This document shows, in pieces, positions 9,559-18,487 of a DNA stretch of 64,000 nt. The notes under the pieces are model-generated. The model was not told the origin of the DNA. It searched no databases and worked only from the letters and a program-made list of their open reading frames with translations. Made by a program: the position numbers and the translations under genes. Location of the stretch: the NCBI GenBank assembly GCA_022823825.1, contig JAJEHG010000012.1:34732-98731 (forward strand), in the 5' to 3' direction. Within the stretch, counting starts at the first letter, position 1; each line of letters opens with the position of its first letter. The stretch comes from Nitrosopumilaceae archaeon. GTDB taxonomy: Archaea > Thermoproteota > Nitrososphaeria > Nitrososphaerales > Nitrosopumilaceae.

Positions 9559-9888
9559 TCACCTACCTGCGCCGGACGGCGCCGGCTCCCCGTTATCGCA
9601 CCTTGCGCGTATGGCCTCCGTATACCTCTGGCTGTACTCGTTGAAGAGACGTATCTTGTCCTGGGCCAGCGCCATGGCGCCGGGCCTGCCGTTGACGGCG
9701 GAGTTCGCGTCCACCTGTTCTGCAAGCAGCCGCCGGAGCTTCCCCGCGTCGGCGCCCGCAAGTCCCGCCAGCAGCACCTCGAGCTCGGAGGCAAGCATGT
9801 CCCGGGTGTCCGGAACGGCGGGCGGCTGGGCGCCGATGATCTCCCTTGCCATGATGCGCCCGAACACCCTCCTGTCTAGATCCAGCAA
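9559..9888 (-). CDS. Hypothetical protein
   Basis: Clean 109-aa ORF with typical codon bias; TATA-like TTTTAT ~27 nt upstream. Confidence 0.65.
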   Translation of the reverse strand: MLDLDRRVFGRIMAREIIGAQPPAVPDTRDMLASELEVLLAGLAGADAGKLRRLLAEQVDANSAVNGRPGAMALAQDKIRLFNEYSQRYTEAIRARCDNGEPAPSGAGR

Positions 9889-9975
9889 TGCATGGCCGCG
9901 GTGCGGAGGCCGTATAAAAGGCGCGGCGGCGTCCCTTAATTACAGTTTTATAGGTTTGAATTTTCCGCCCTGACA

Positions 9976-10167
9976 ATGGTTCTCAACCTGAGGTGCGCAG
10001 ACTATGGCTTTGAGTGCGGTTTTGCCCTTAATGCCAAAGCGACTGCAGATACCATTCAAAAACTGAGGCATCATTTCGAGGAGGAGCACGGGATAGACTA
10101 TACCACCGAGGCCGTAATCCAGATGGTGACCAACCGGGGGCACACGCTGGACTCCATAAGGAGATAG
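9976..10167 (+). CDS. DUF1059-like small metal-binding protein
   Basis: LRCADYGFECGF...HFEEEHG pattern; TTTTATA upstream. Confidence 0.8.
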   Translation: MVLNLRCADYGFECGFALNAKATADTIQKLRHHFEEEHGIDYTTEAVIQMVTNRGHTLDSIRR

Positions 10168-10201
10168 GCCGCTGCCCGCCCGTCATCCGGTTTCTCCCGG
10201 A

Positions 10202-10696
10202 CTAGGGAGATGGCCGCTGCCCGCCTTGCTCCCCGTCCCCGTTTCCCCGTTCCCGGCCCGCGGCGGCGTCATCCACCTTGCCGGTACCGCCGCATGAGGA
10301 GCACGCGTATCTGCGCGTCTTGCGGAACAGCATGCCCGTCTTGCGCTCAAGATATCCGGTACCGCCGCATGAGGAGCACCGCGCCGGCGGGCGGGGGCGG
10401 GATCGGCTGCGGCGGCGTGTCGTCTGGCGGGCGGCCCTGCCCTTCTTGGACGGATCCTTGCGCGTATACTTGGCCGACTGCTTCCTGATGTGGCCGCTCT
10501 TGCGCGGCATGTCCGGCCCCGCGCCGCGGAGATCCGTTATGCTGTTGTACGCCCACACCACCATCTTGTACATCTCTATATCGCCCGAGGGCCTGTCGGG
10601 GTGATACTTTAGTATGCAGCTGCGGTACTTGGCCTTGATCGTCTCGGGGGGATCCAGCGGCGAGGCTCCAAGTACGTCATACGGGTCCGCATTCAT
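10202..10696 (-). CDS. Short DnaJ-like protein (J-domain plus one CxxCxGxG pair)
   Basis: DPYDVLG...YHPDR J-domain; two CSSCGGTG motifs. Confidence 0.8.
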   Translation of the reverse strand: MNADPYDVLGASPLDPPETIKAKYRSCILKYHPDRPSGDIEMYKMVVWAYNSITDLRGAGPDMPRKSGHIRKQSAKYTRKDPSKKGRAARQTTRRRSRSRPRPPARCSSCGGTGYLERKTGMLFRKTRRYACSSCGGTGKVDDAAAGRERGNGDGEQGGQRPSP

Positions 10697-10853
10697 GGCA
10701 GGCGACTCCGATACTACGCCAGTATATTCATGTCTTGGGTTGCCGCCGCCGTGGGGGTGCAGCTCCGCCTTGCAGGCCACGGGTCAGATCTCGCGGGTAA
10801 AAGGCACTCCAGATTCGGATATACCTCCTTATATAACGCGGGGGCGCAAGGGT

Positions 10854-11525
10854 ATGTATGACCGCCATGCTGGCGCCGGACCTGCGGGCGGGCGCGGAGA
10901 GACGCGGGGGCGCCGTGCGCGGTGCCATCATGAGGCACGCGGGGTGCATGACATGGGAGACCTGTACTGGCTGAACCCCGCTGTCGCCAGCGCCCCCATC
11001 ACCGCTTCTGGCATACTTGCGAGGCTGGAACTTGCAACGGACGCGCTTGACTCCGCGATTGCGTCCATAAAGGGGCAGGTGCGCGACGTACGCGAGCGCA
11101 ACAGGAGGCTGGCCCCCAGATACGACCCCGGCAACGAGGCGCACACCAAGTCGATTGGCCTGGAGCACATGATGTCCGTCATGCTTGAGGCGCTGATCCG
11201 CGCGCGCAGGAGAATGATGACGCCTGTCACGGCGCGCCGGATGCCCCGCATGCTGCTGCCTGCGCTGTATGTGGCGCGCACCGCGCACATGCAGCTGTCC
11301 CAGGACGCGACGCCCGAGTGCCAAGGAAGCCTGCACGACGCATCGGCCCACTTGGGCGGCATCATCCTCGATGCGGCCATGATAACGGGCTCCAACCTGA
11401 GCCTTGGCTGGTCCAACGCGGAGGTCTCGGCGATATTCAATCAGGCGAAGTTGACCGTCGACTCTAAATTAAGAAAACAGTATAACAAGCTGGAGATACC
11501 GGCAACGGGCAGACGGTACTACTAG
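10854..11525 (+). CDS. Hypothetical protein, probable divergent ESCRT-III/CdvB-like (start 10854 or 10953)
   Basis: Collinear by-eye similarity to the CdvB paralog at 51617-52285; TTATATAA box upstream of ATG 10854. Confidence 0.6.
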   Translation: MYDRHAGAGPAGGRGETRGRRARCHHEARGVHDMGDLYWLNPAVASAPITASGILARLELATDALDSAIASIKGQVRDVRERNRRLAPRYDPGNEAHTKSIGLEHMMSVMLEALIRARRRMMTPVTARRMPRMLLPALYVARTAHMQLSQDATPECQGSLHDASAHLGGIILDAAMITGSNLSLGWSNAEVSAIFNQAKLTVDSKLRKQYNKLEIPATGRRYY

Positions 11526-11779
11526 GCGAGGCACAAACTAGCAGCGACATGCTATACGGAATGCCCCGTGCCGAATGACGGGATGCGTGTATGGATGTGG
11601 GGCCTGCAGATTTGCCGGCGTTCTATCGGTACGAAGATGCAGACGACGCTTGCAAGGGAGTTAGAAGATGCAGGGAAGGATTCCCAGGGGGAATGTGCGG
11701 CGGTGGCCTATAGTATGGAAAGTAGGTCCGCTATACACAGCGGCCAAACAGGCAAAGAAAAAGAGGGGGTGCGGATGAC

Positions 11780-12328
11780 TCAGTCTACCTTGACCGTCTT
11801 TCCGCGGTTTGTGTCTTCGGCCAGGCCGAAGGTGATCTGGAGAATGCCGTTGCGGTAGGACGCCTTGGTGAAGCTGGTGTCGACCCTGCGATCAAGGGGG
11901 ATCCGCATCTGGTACCTCTTGCCGCCCCCGCCCTCCGCGGAGACTGACACGTGTCTTTCCTCAACTGCGATCTTGATGTCGCGCTTCTCTACACCGGGCA
12001 TCTCGGCTATCATCTTGACAACCTTCCCCTTCTCGTCGACTATGGTGTCCACCGGTAGCGCCCTGGCCTCGGCGGAGTCTGCTGCATCGGCCAGGGTGGG
12101 TCGGCGCCCCGCAGGCCTGGCGTTTCCGTACTTGTGTATGACGGGACGGCCGTCCGGCCCCGTAGTCATTACGAGGCCATAGTACCGCACGCCGGGATTC
12201 TGGGGCCCGTCGGCACTCTCTTCGTGGTCTGCACAACAGGCGCCCTTCTCGCAGGAGCCTTCCATCCCAAAGAAGGGATCAAAGAGGAACCTACTCAGGA
12301 GCCTGTTCGTCTCGTTCTCGAAGAACAT
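11780..12328 (-). CDS. hsp20: Archaeal small heat shock protein Hsp20
   Basis: YYG..MTTGPDGRPV, AEMPGVEKRDI, ASYRNGILQITF alpha-crystallin motifs. Confidence 0.93.
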   Translation of the reverse strand: MFFENETNRLLSRFLFDPFFGMEGSCEKGACCADHEESADGPQNPGVRYYGLVMTTGPDGRPVIHKYGNARPAGRRPTLADAADSAEARALPVDTIVDEKGKVVKMIAEMPGVEKRDIKIAVEERHVSVSAEGGGGKRYQMRIPLDRRVDTSFTKASYRNGILQITFGLAEDTNRGKTVKVD

Positions 12329-12343
12329 GTCATATTCACCTGT

Positions 12344-12365
12344 TTATGTAATATATATTACATAA
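12344..12365. promoter_or_regulatory. Perfect 22-bp palindrome in hsp20 promoter (putative operator)
   Basis: TTATGTAATATATATTACATAA is self-complementary; 16 bp upstream of the hsp20 ATG. Confidence 0.6.
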
Positions 12366-12434
12366 TATAAGTATTATTCCAATAGTAGTATAATATTACA
12401 AAAGACTATTATAGTTTACAGACTGTAATATGGC

Positions 12435-13160
12435 ATGCGGACAGTCGGAGCCTCTGTCTCGGACACCATAAAGGAGATCATAACGAGGAACCGCCCCATA
12501 TACGACTGCATGAGGATGGATCTGATCAACTATACGGCGCTGGCAGTGAGGATCCAGCCCGAGGTGGAGCGCATGCTCGGCGGCCCCGTCAATCTGAACA
12601 CGATTGTGGTGGCCATCAAGAGGTATGCGGACCGGCTCTCGGCCCGGGAGGACGTAGCCGGGGGGGAGTCGGTGCTGAAGAACGCAAGGGTGGTACTGAC
12701 TGACGGGATGATGGACATCAGGTTCTCAGCAGAGGAGTTTGACAGGTTGGGCGGGGCGCCCGAGATGCTTGCAAAGTTTGCAAAGATGGGCGGCAACTAT
12801 GAGTTTTTCAGGCTGTCGGACTCGTTTAGGTTCCTTGCCGAGGACATGGAGGACGTAAGGGAGATGTTCAGGAGCATGTTTAGGAATGAGACGGGGGCCG
12901 GTGGCCGGGGCGGTCATGAGGAAGAGGGGATGTTCAGCACGGGCCTGGCCAAGATTAGGATCATGCTGCCCTCCGCCGCGCGGGCCGGAAGCGGCCCGTC
13001 TGACATTGTGTCCCACGTGGCCGAGATACTGCATGCGGCGGGAATAGAGATTGTCAACGCGTATTTCGGCCAGGACGGCATCACGGTCATACTGAGGGAG
13101 AAGGACGCTGCGCGCGCGTACGGGGTTCTGCGCGCCGACGCGTCCCGGGCCAGAGTATGA
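12435..13160 (+). CDS. ACT-domain putative regulator with N-terminal helical domain
   Basis: LINYTALA..I..NLNTIVVAIKRY N-terminus and C-terminal ACT-like (AEILHAAGIEIVNAYF..ITVIL..DAARAY). Confidence 0.75.
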   Translation: MRTVGASVSDTIKEIITRNRPIYDCMRMDLINYTALAVRIQPEVERMLGGPVNLNTIVVAIKRYADRLSAREDVAGGESVLKNARVVLTDGMMDIRFSAEEFDRLGGAPEMLAKFAKMGGNYEFFRLSDSFRFLAEDMEDVREMFRSMFRNETGAGGRGGHEEEGMFSTGLAKIRIMLPSAARAGSGPSDIVSHVAEILHAAGIEIVNAYFGQDGITVILREKDAARAYGVLRADASRARV

Positions 13161-13178
13161 ATTCACACAGCATATATT

Positions 13179-14639
13179 GTGACCGCGGACGCGGGGCGCT
13201 GCTTGGTGTCTGACAGCGGCGGCGGCATCGGAGACAACGGGCGCGGGGCCGCCAAAACCAGAAAAAGAATAGTGATTGTCGGCGGCGGCTTTGCCGGCGT
13301 CGAATGCGCGCGCCAGCTAGAGTCCGAGCTTGGCGACGATCCCGGCATCGATCTGGTCATGATAAACGAGGACAACTTCCTGCTCTTTACGCCCATGCTT
13401 CCCCAGGTCGTGTCGGGGATGATCGAGACTAGGCACATTGTTACACCCATACGGACCATCTGCAAGAGGACGCGCTTCTTTGAGGGCAGGGTAAAGGGCA
13501 TAGACCCGTACGCGAAGACCATAACCGTGTGGGGAGGGGGCGGTGCCGGGCGCCTGACCATACATTACGACTTTGCGGTGGTGGCGCTCGGAAGCGAGGC
13601 CAACTTCTTTGGAATGCCCGACGTCGAGAGCAACGCCTTTACGATGAAGACGCTCAACGACGCGGCCGAGCTCAGAAACAGGGTGATTGACATGCTTGAG
13701 AGGGCCGAGAACGAGACGGATCCCGTGCTACGCAGGCACCTGCTGAACTTCGTGGTGGTCGGGGCAGGCTTTGCAGGCATCGAGACCGCGGGAGAGCTTA
13801 TGGACCTGCTGCACGACGCGCACAGGCACTACCGCTCCGTAGGAAAGGACGACGTAAAGGTCGTGATACTGGAGGCGCTGCAGGAGATACTTCCCGGATT
13901 CGACAAGAACCTGGCCGCATTTGCAAAGAAACGAATGGAGGAGAGGGGGATAGAGTTCAGGCTGCAGTCCGCCGTAAAGGCGTTTGACGGGGAGGAGATA
14001 ACGGTAAGGAATCTGGCGGGGGGCAGCGACAGTGGCGGCGGGCCTGAGGAGGAGGAGGAGGAGAACGGCGATGGCGATGATGGTGACGAGGTGATAATGT
14101 CAAAGACCCTGATCTGGACGGCGGGCGTCACGCCCGTCAACATGATCAAGAGGGCCATGCTAAAGACGCAGAATGGAAAGGTCATAGTGGACGATTACCT
14201 GGAGGTGCCCGGGTTCCCGGGAGTCTTTGCAGTCGGGGACTGCGCGCTGTTCGTCGACCCGAATACGGGCAGGCCCGTCCCGCCCACCGCGCAGCTGGCG
14301 GAGGCCCAAGGCAAGACGGCCGCCAAGAACCTGACTGCGCTGATAAAAAACCGCGAAAAGGAGAAGTTTGAGTTCAAATCCAGGGGCCAGATGGCCGTCA
14401 TAGGCAAGAGATCCGCGATCGCGTCCGTGTTTGGCATGAACATGTCCGGATTCTGGGCCTGGCTCATATGGAGGAGCGTCTACCTCTCAAAGATCTCGTC
14501 GGGGGAGAAGAAGATCAGGGTGCTGCTTGACTGGATGATCGACCTCTTCTTTAGCAGGGACATATCCAGGCTAAAGCTGGCAAGGCGCGAGACCGAAAAG
14601 GATTACAGGGTGCTGGACGAGGTGGACGATATGTGGTGA
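13179..14639 (+). CDS. ndh: Type II NADH dehydrogenase-like FAD/NAD(P) oxidoreductase
   Basis: Two GxGxxG motifs (IVGGGFAG, VVGAGFAGIE), WTAGV, FAVGDCA, PTAQLA. Confidence 0.88.
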   Translation: MTADAGRCLVSDSGGGIGDNGRGAAKTRKRIVIVGGGFAGVECARQLESELGDDPGIDLVMINEDNFLLFTPMLPQVVSGMIETRHIVTPIRTICKRTRFFEGRVKGIDPYAKTITVWGGGGAGRLTIHYDFAVVALGSEANFFGMPDVESNAFTMKTLNDAAELRNRVIDMLERAENETDPVLRRHLLNFVVVGAGFAGIETAGELMDLLHDAHRHYRSVGKDDVKVVILEALQEILPGFDKNLAAFAKKRMEERGIEFRLQSAVKAFDGEEITVRNLAGGSDSGGGPEEEEEENGDGDDGDEVIMSKTLIWTAGVTPVNMIKRAMLKTQNGKVIVDDYLEVPGFPGVFAVGDCALFVDPNTGRPVPPTAQLAEAQGKTAAKNLTALIKNREKEKFEFKSRGQMAVIGKRSAIASVFGMNMSGFWAWLIWRSVYLSKISSGEKKIRVLLDWMIDLFFSRDISRLKLARRETEKDYRVLDEVDDMW

Positions 14640-14692
14640 CGGGGCCGTGCGCGTCACGCAGGAGTGACGGCAGTACCAAGGCACTGCCCGCA

Positions 14693-16375
14693 CTACGGAG
14701 CCATGCGGCGCAGTCTCCTAACGGTTACAACGACCGCCGCGGAGGGCGCCGCGACGTACAGTCCGGCGTTAAGCAGGATGACAACAGAGCCGTACGCAAT
14801 TACGTCCAAGTCTGAGCCCGCCTCTGCCGCGCCCAGTATGGAGAGCGAGGATATCATGGGCGTGATGAACGCCCTTACCGCATCCCTGAACGCGGGATGT
14901 TCGCGCTGGAGATCCGCCACGGCAGGTGAGAACGAGTAGTACACCGAATTGAATCCCGACATGAACGCCGCGCCAGAGCTGGTGGACATGACAGTGCCGT
15001 CCCTCAGTTCGCGCATAGACTGTATCTGGGGCTCAAGTTCGGAACCAAACGCCGCAGTTGCGATAAGGCACCCCCCGGCCTCTGTCTCGTCCGGCGCGGC
15101 CTCTGTCTGTTCCTGTGTCGGCGATGGCGATGGCGGATCGGCCGGGGTCGCCTCAGATGGGGTGGCCTGCGCCGCTGCCTCCTTTACTGCAAACGTATCT
15201 AGCATCCTCTGATAATGCGGCATCATGTCGTCAAACCTTTCTGGGATGTTGGCATATGACAGGGTATAGTACTGCCCATCCCCGTACACAAGAGTCTCGA
15301 TGAGTGAGACCTTGGCGGTCACGTTGTTCAGTGTGATGGTCTCGGTCACCCGCATGGCGTGGGCCTGCATGCCCGCCACTACGGTCGGTTCCTGCTCAAA
15401 CGTCGCAAAGTCCTCGGCGCTCAGCACCTCACGGATCTCCGCCGTTCGGGCACTAACTAGCTGCTCCAGCGTAGACTGGCCCGCATCGTTCACAAACACA
15501 TAGATCTGCGGGGTTCCCCCGGCGGTCCGCGGCCCCACTGCAACGACGTCGGGCACGTCGGGATCCGAGCGCCCCGGCTCCTGCACTAGCCAGCCGGGGG
15601 GGGCTGCAAACGTGATGCCGAGGCGGGGGCTGTCATAGATCTGCTCGCCGGAGGTAGAGGGGGTAAGCGGATCCTGCGCCGGCTGCTGCTGCTGCGCTGG
15701 CGGCTCAGCCGGTTCACCGGGCAACGACGCAATGGTAGAGCGGTCCGCCATGCGTATACTCTGGATTCTCACGGGCTCGGGGTCGACGGGCCTGTCCTGA
15801 GCCCCCGTCTCCGCTGCCGCAATGGCGTCAAGTGTCTCAAAGCTCTGCTCTGTTACGATCCTCCCAAACACGGTGTACTGCCCGTCAAGAAAGTTAGAGT
15901 TCTGGTGGACTATGAAGAACTGCGATCCGGCGCTGTTGGGATCCTGACTCCTTGCCATCGAGACTATGCCGCGGTCGTGCGGGATGTCGTTGAACTCGGC
16001 GTCCACGGAGTGCGGGGGGCCTCCGATCCCCCACGTGCGCGGGTCACCGCTGACCGTGTTGGGATCCCCGCCCTGTATCATAAACCCTGATATGATCCTG
16101 TGAAACAGCGTGCCGTCGTAAAAGCCGGACTCTGCCAGGGCGACAAAGTTGGACACGTGGTTGGGGGCCGCTGCCGGAAAGAACTCTATTATGATCGTGC
16201 CCATCTGCGTCTCCAGTACCGCCACCCTGTCGTCGGCTTCCGCAGCCTGGGCGTAGGCCTCCGCGGTGCCCTCTGCAAAAGGCAGGGCCGACGGCGCATG
16301 CAGCAACGCCAAGCAGCAGACGGCAGCCAGGGCGGCGCACGCGACAGACGCCCGTAAAATTCCAGTATTCTTCAT
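14693..16375 (-). CDS. Secreted cyclophilin-type peptidylprolyl isomerase with PsbP-like domain and CFI-box-CTERM anchor
   Basis: Signal peptide; FHRIISGFMIQGGDP, SMARS..NSAGSQFFI; C-terminal GGCLIATAAFGSEL...YYSFSP plus TM. Confidence 0.9.
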   Translation of the reverse strand: MKNTGILRASVACAALAAVCCLALLHAPSALPFAEGTAEAYAQAAEADDRVAVLETQMGTIIIEFFPAAAPNHVSNFVALAESGFYDGTLFHRIISGFMIQGGDPNTVSGDPRTWGIGGPPHSVDAEFNDIPHDRGIVSMARSQDPNSAGSQFFIVHQNSNFLDGQYTVFGRIVTEQSFETLDAIAAAETGAQDRPVDPEPVRIQSIRMADRSTIASLPGEPAEPPAQQQQPAQDPLTPSTSGEQIYDSPRLGITFAAPPGWLVQEPGRSDPDVPDVVAVGPRTAGGTPQIYVFVNDAGQSTLEQLVSARTAEIREVLSAEDFATFEQEPTVVAGMQAHAMRVTETITLNNVTAKVSLIETLVYGDGQYYTLSYANIPERFDDMMPHYQRMLDTFAVKEAAAQATPSEATPADPPSPSPTQEQTEAAPDETEAGGCLIATAAFGSELEPQIQSMRELRDGTVMSTSSGAAFMSGFNSVYYSFSPAVADLQREHPAFRDAVRAFITPMISSLSILGAAEAGSDLDVIAYGSVVILLNAGLYVAAPSAAVVVTVRRLRRMAP

Positions 16376-16582
16376 GTACAATGACGGATCGACACCCGCC
16401 TCCATAAAAGCCGTTGTCTGGCGGCGGGCGCCGTATGGCCCGCGCCCTTGTGGTGTGGCAGGGCAGGATCAGCTGCCTTTCCCGTGTGGCCGCACGTAGG
16501 GAGGGGCGGGGCGCGGGGGCGGGGGCAAAAACACGACGGGCGCCGCATTCTATTTATAAAAAGCCGGAGTTCCTGCCAAAGC

Positions 16583-17077
16583 ATGGGTCCCGACGAGAAA
16601 ATTCACGCGCACCTAGTCTCGATATGGAGGGAGTCACAGGGACTCTTCTCGGTGGGGGGCAAGGAGGGGATGCTCTTTCTTACCGACCGGCACATCGCGT
16701 TTGTACACAAGACGGAAGCCAGCATGAACTGGTGGAAGGCAATAACGCAGAGGCAGGTTGTAAAGTTCATCAGGTCAAAGAACACCATGATCCGTCACGA
16801 CGGCTACGGCGAGGACGACTTGGCCGACGACTTGGCCGACGACAGGAATGTGGAGGTCCCGTACGAGGATGTCGTGGGGATCAGCAGCGGGGAGAAGACG
16901 TGGGGCAGTGTCCTGCACCTAGAGTACCGCTCCGGCAACAAAAGGGAGAAACACCAGTATTCGGTCGCGCAGGACTGGGTCAAGTATCCCGCAAAGGAGC
17001 CCACCAAGTACATGAAGGTAGACTGGGAGCCGTTTGTGGAGTTTGTAAATAAGAGGCGGCGGCAGCTGGCGACGTAG
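16583..17077 (+). CDS. Conserved hypothetical protein (PH-like fold suspected)
   Basis: GMLFLTDRHIAF pattern; TTTATAAA box ~25 nt upstream of ATG 16583. Confidence 0.7.
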   Translation: MGPDEKIHAHLVSIWRESQGLFSVGGKEGMLFLTDRHIAFVHKTEASMNWWKAITQRQVVKFIRSKNTMIRHDGYGEDDLADDLADDRNVEVPYEDVVGISSGEKTWGSVLHLEYRSGNKREKHQYSVAQDWVKYPAKEPTKYMKVDWEPFVEFVNKRRRQLAT

Positions 17078-17081
17078 GGGT

Positions 17082-17840
17082 GTGGTCGTCGTGGCAGAGG
17101 GACGCGTTTATGCGGTGGGCGTGGGGCCTGGATCGCCAAGGTACCTGACCGCCATAGCGGAGGAGATCATCAGGGGATGCGACATTGTGGTAGGCTATGA
17201 ATACACGCTCAGGACCATACGGCACCTTCTGGGGCCCGGCAAGACGGTCCACACGGTTACGATGTCAAGCCAGGAGGGGGTTCTGCAGTCAGTCGCCGCC
17301 GAACTCAGGGCGGGCGCGGAGGAAAAGACCGTGGTGGTCCCGTTTACCGGCGATGCAAGCTTTTCAGAATCGGAGGTGGTCGACAGGCTCGCCGAGATAT
17401 TTGGCAGCGTGCAGATAATACCCGGAATCAGCTCGGTCCAGGTGGCGGCCGCCATGGCGGGGGTGCCGCTTGACAAGTCGAGGGTCATCACCATGCACGT
17501 GACGTCTCCCATAGAGGGCAAAAAGGAGGAGATGCGCCAGGCGTTGGCGTCGGGGCTGAGCGTGGTTCTCATCCCGCGGCCCTGGCCCAAGAGGCCGGAC
17601 AAGCACTTCATGCCGTCGGAGGTGGCGGCGCACCTCAGAGAGCACGGCTTTGACACGGGCGCCATGCGCGTGAGCGTCTTTGAGTCCCTTACCACCGAGC
17701 AGCAGACCAGGTTTGACGGAACCGTAAGCGAGCTTGAGGGCAGGGAGTTCTCCGATCTGTGCGTGGTGGTGTTCAACCAGTCGGAACCGGACTCTTACAT
17801 GAACTACAGGTGGCAGTGGGACGGCGACGGCAGCCGCTAG
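17082..17840 (+). CDS. cbiE: Cobalt-precorrin-7 C5-methyltransferase CbiE
   Basis: AVGVGPGS..YLT, TGDASFS, IPGISSVQVAAA, VFESLT. Confidence 0.85.
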   Translation: MVVVAEGRVYAVGVGPGSPRYLTAIAEEIIRGCDIVVGYEYTLRTIRHLLGPGKTVHTVTMSSQEGVLQSVAAELRAGAEEKTVVVPFTGDASFSESEVVDRLAEIFGSVQIIPGISSVQVAAAMAGVPLDKSRVITMHVTSPIEGKKEEMRQALASGLSVVLIPRPWPKRPDKHFMPSEVAAHLREHGFDTGAMRVSVFESLTTEQQTRFDGTVSELEGREFSDLCVVVFNQSEPDSYMNYRWQWDGDGSR

Positions 17841-18367
17841 CGGAACCCCACATCCAGAGACTCCTCTATCATAAAGAACTCTACGTAGCCGCCCGCCAGC
17901 AGGAGCGCCACCACGATGCCCGCCTCCAAAAGCAGGGGGCGGAGGTGCTCCGACAGGGCGGCCCTCCTTACAATCGTAATTGTCATCAGTATGCTCCTTG
18001 ACATTGCCAGTGAGTACGCGGAGATCTCCATCAGTCCGAACGGGGTGAGAAACAGCACGGCCAGGGGCGACACCCCCTCAAGCTCCGGCATAGTGGTCTC
18101 CAGTGCCGCGAACACCAGTCCGGTGGACCAGGCGGACAGGAATCCCCACGCCAATCCGGCGCCCGGGACAAACATGAGCAGCGCGATCATGGTGTTGTGC
18201 AGGAATATCCCAAACGCGTCTATATCCTCCACCAGCGCCTCGAACTCGGACAGCAGCATCTCGGCGTCGGCGTCGGAGACGTCGGACGTGGTGCCCAGCA
18301 CGAACACGGCGGTAAAGGCGACAAGCAGCGCAAGGAACGCCGCGATCCTAGCCTGGATTCTCTCCAT
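17837..18367 (-). CDS. SpoIIM-like integral membrane protein
   Basis: IFLHN..IAL.MFVPG, PFGLMEI.AY, LL.GGYVE pattern. Confidence 0.8.
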   Translation of the reverse strand: MERIQARIAAFLALLVAFTAVFVLGTTSDVSDADAEMLLSEFEALVEDIDAFGIFLHNTMIALLMFVPGAGLAWGFLSAWSTGLVFAALETTMPELEGVSPLAVLFLTPFGLMEISAYSLAMSRSILMTITIVRRAALSEHLRPLLLEAGIVVALLLAGGYVEFFMIEESLDVGFR

Positions 18368-18487
18368 GGTACGGCCCGGAGAGCTTTCTATTTGTTGTTT
18401 GGCAAAACGGCCAAGGATGGAGGTAGCACAGCGGCGCGCTGTTACGGCGGGGACAGATTAATTATCGGCGCCAGCGGTTATTCTGCA

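Noticed and set aside
14370..14385. GTTCAAATCC T-loop-like motif
   Set aside because: Inside the ndh coding frame, with no cloverleaf
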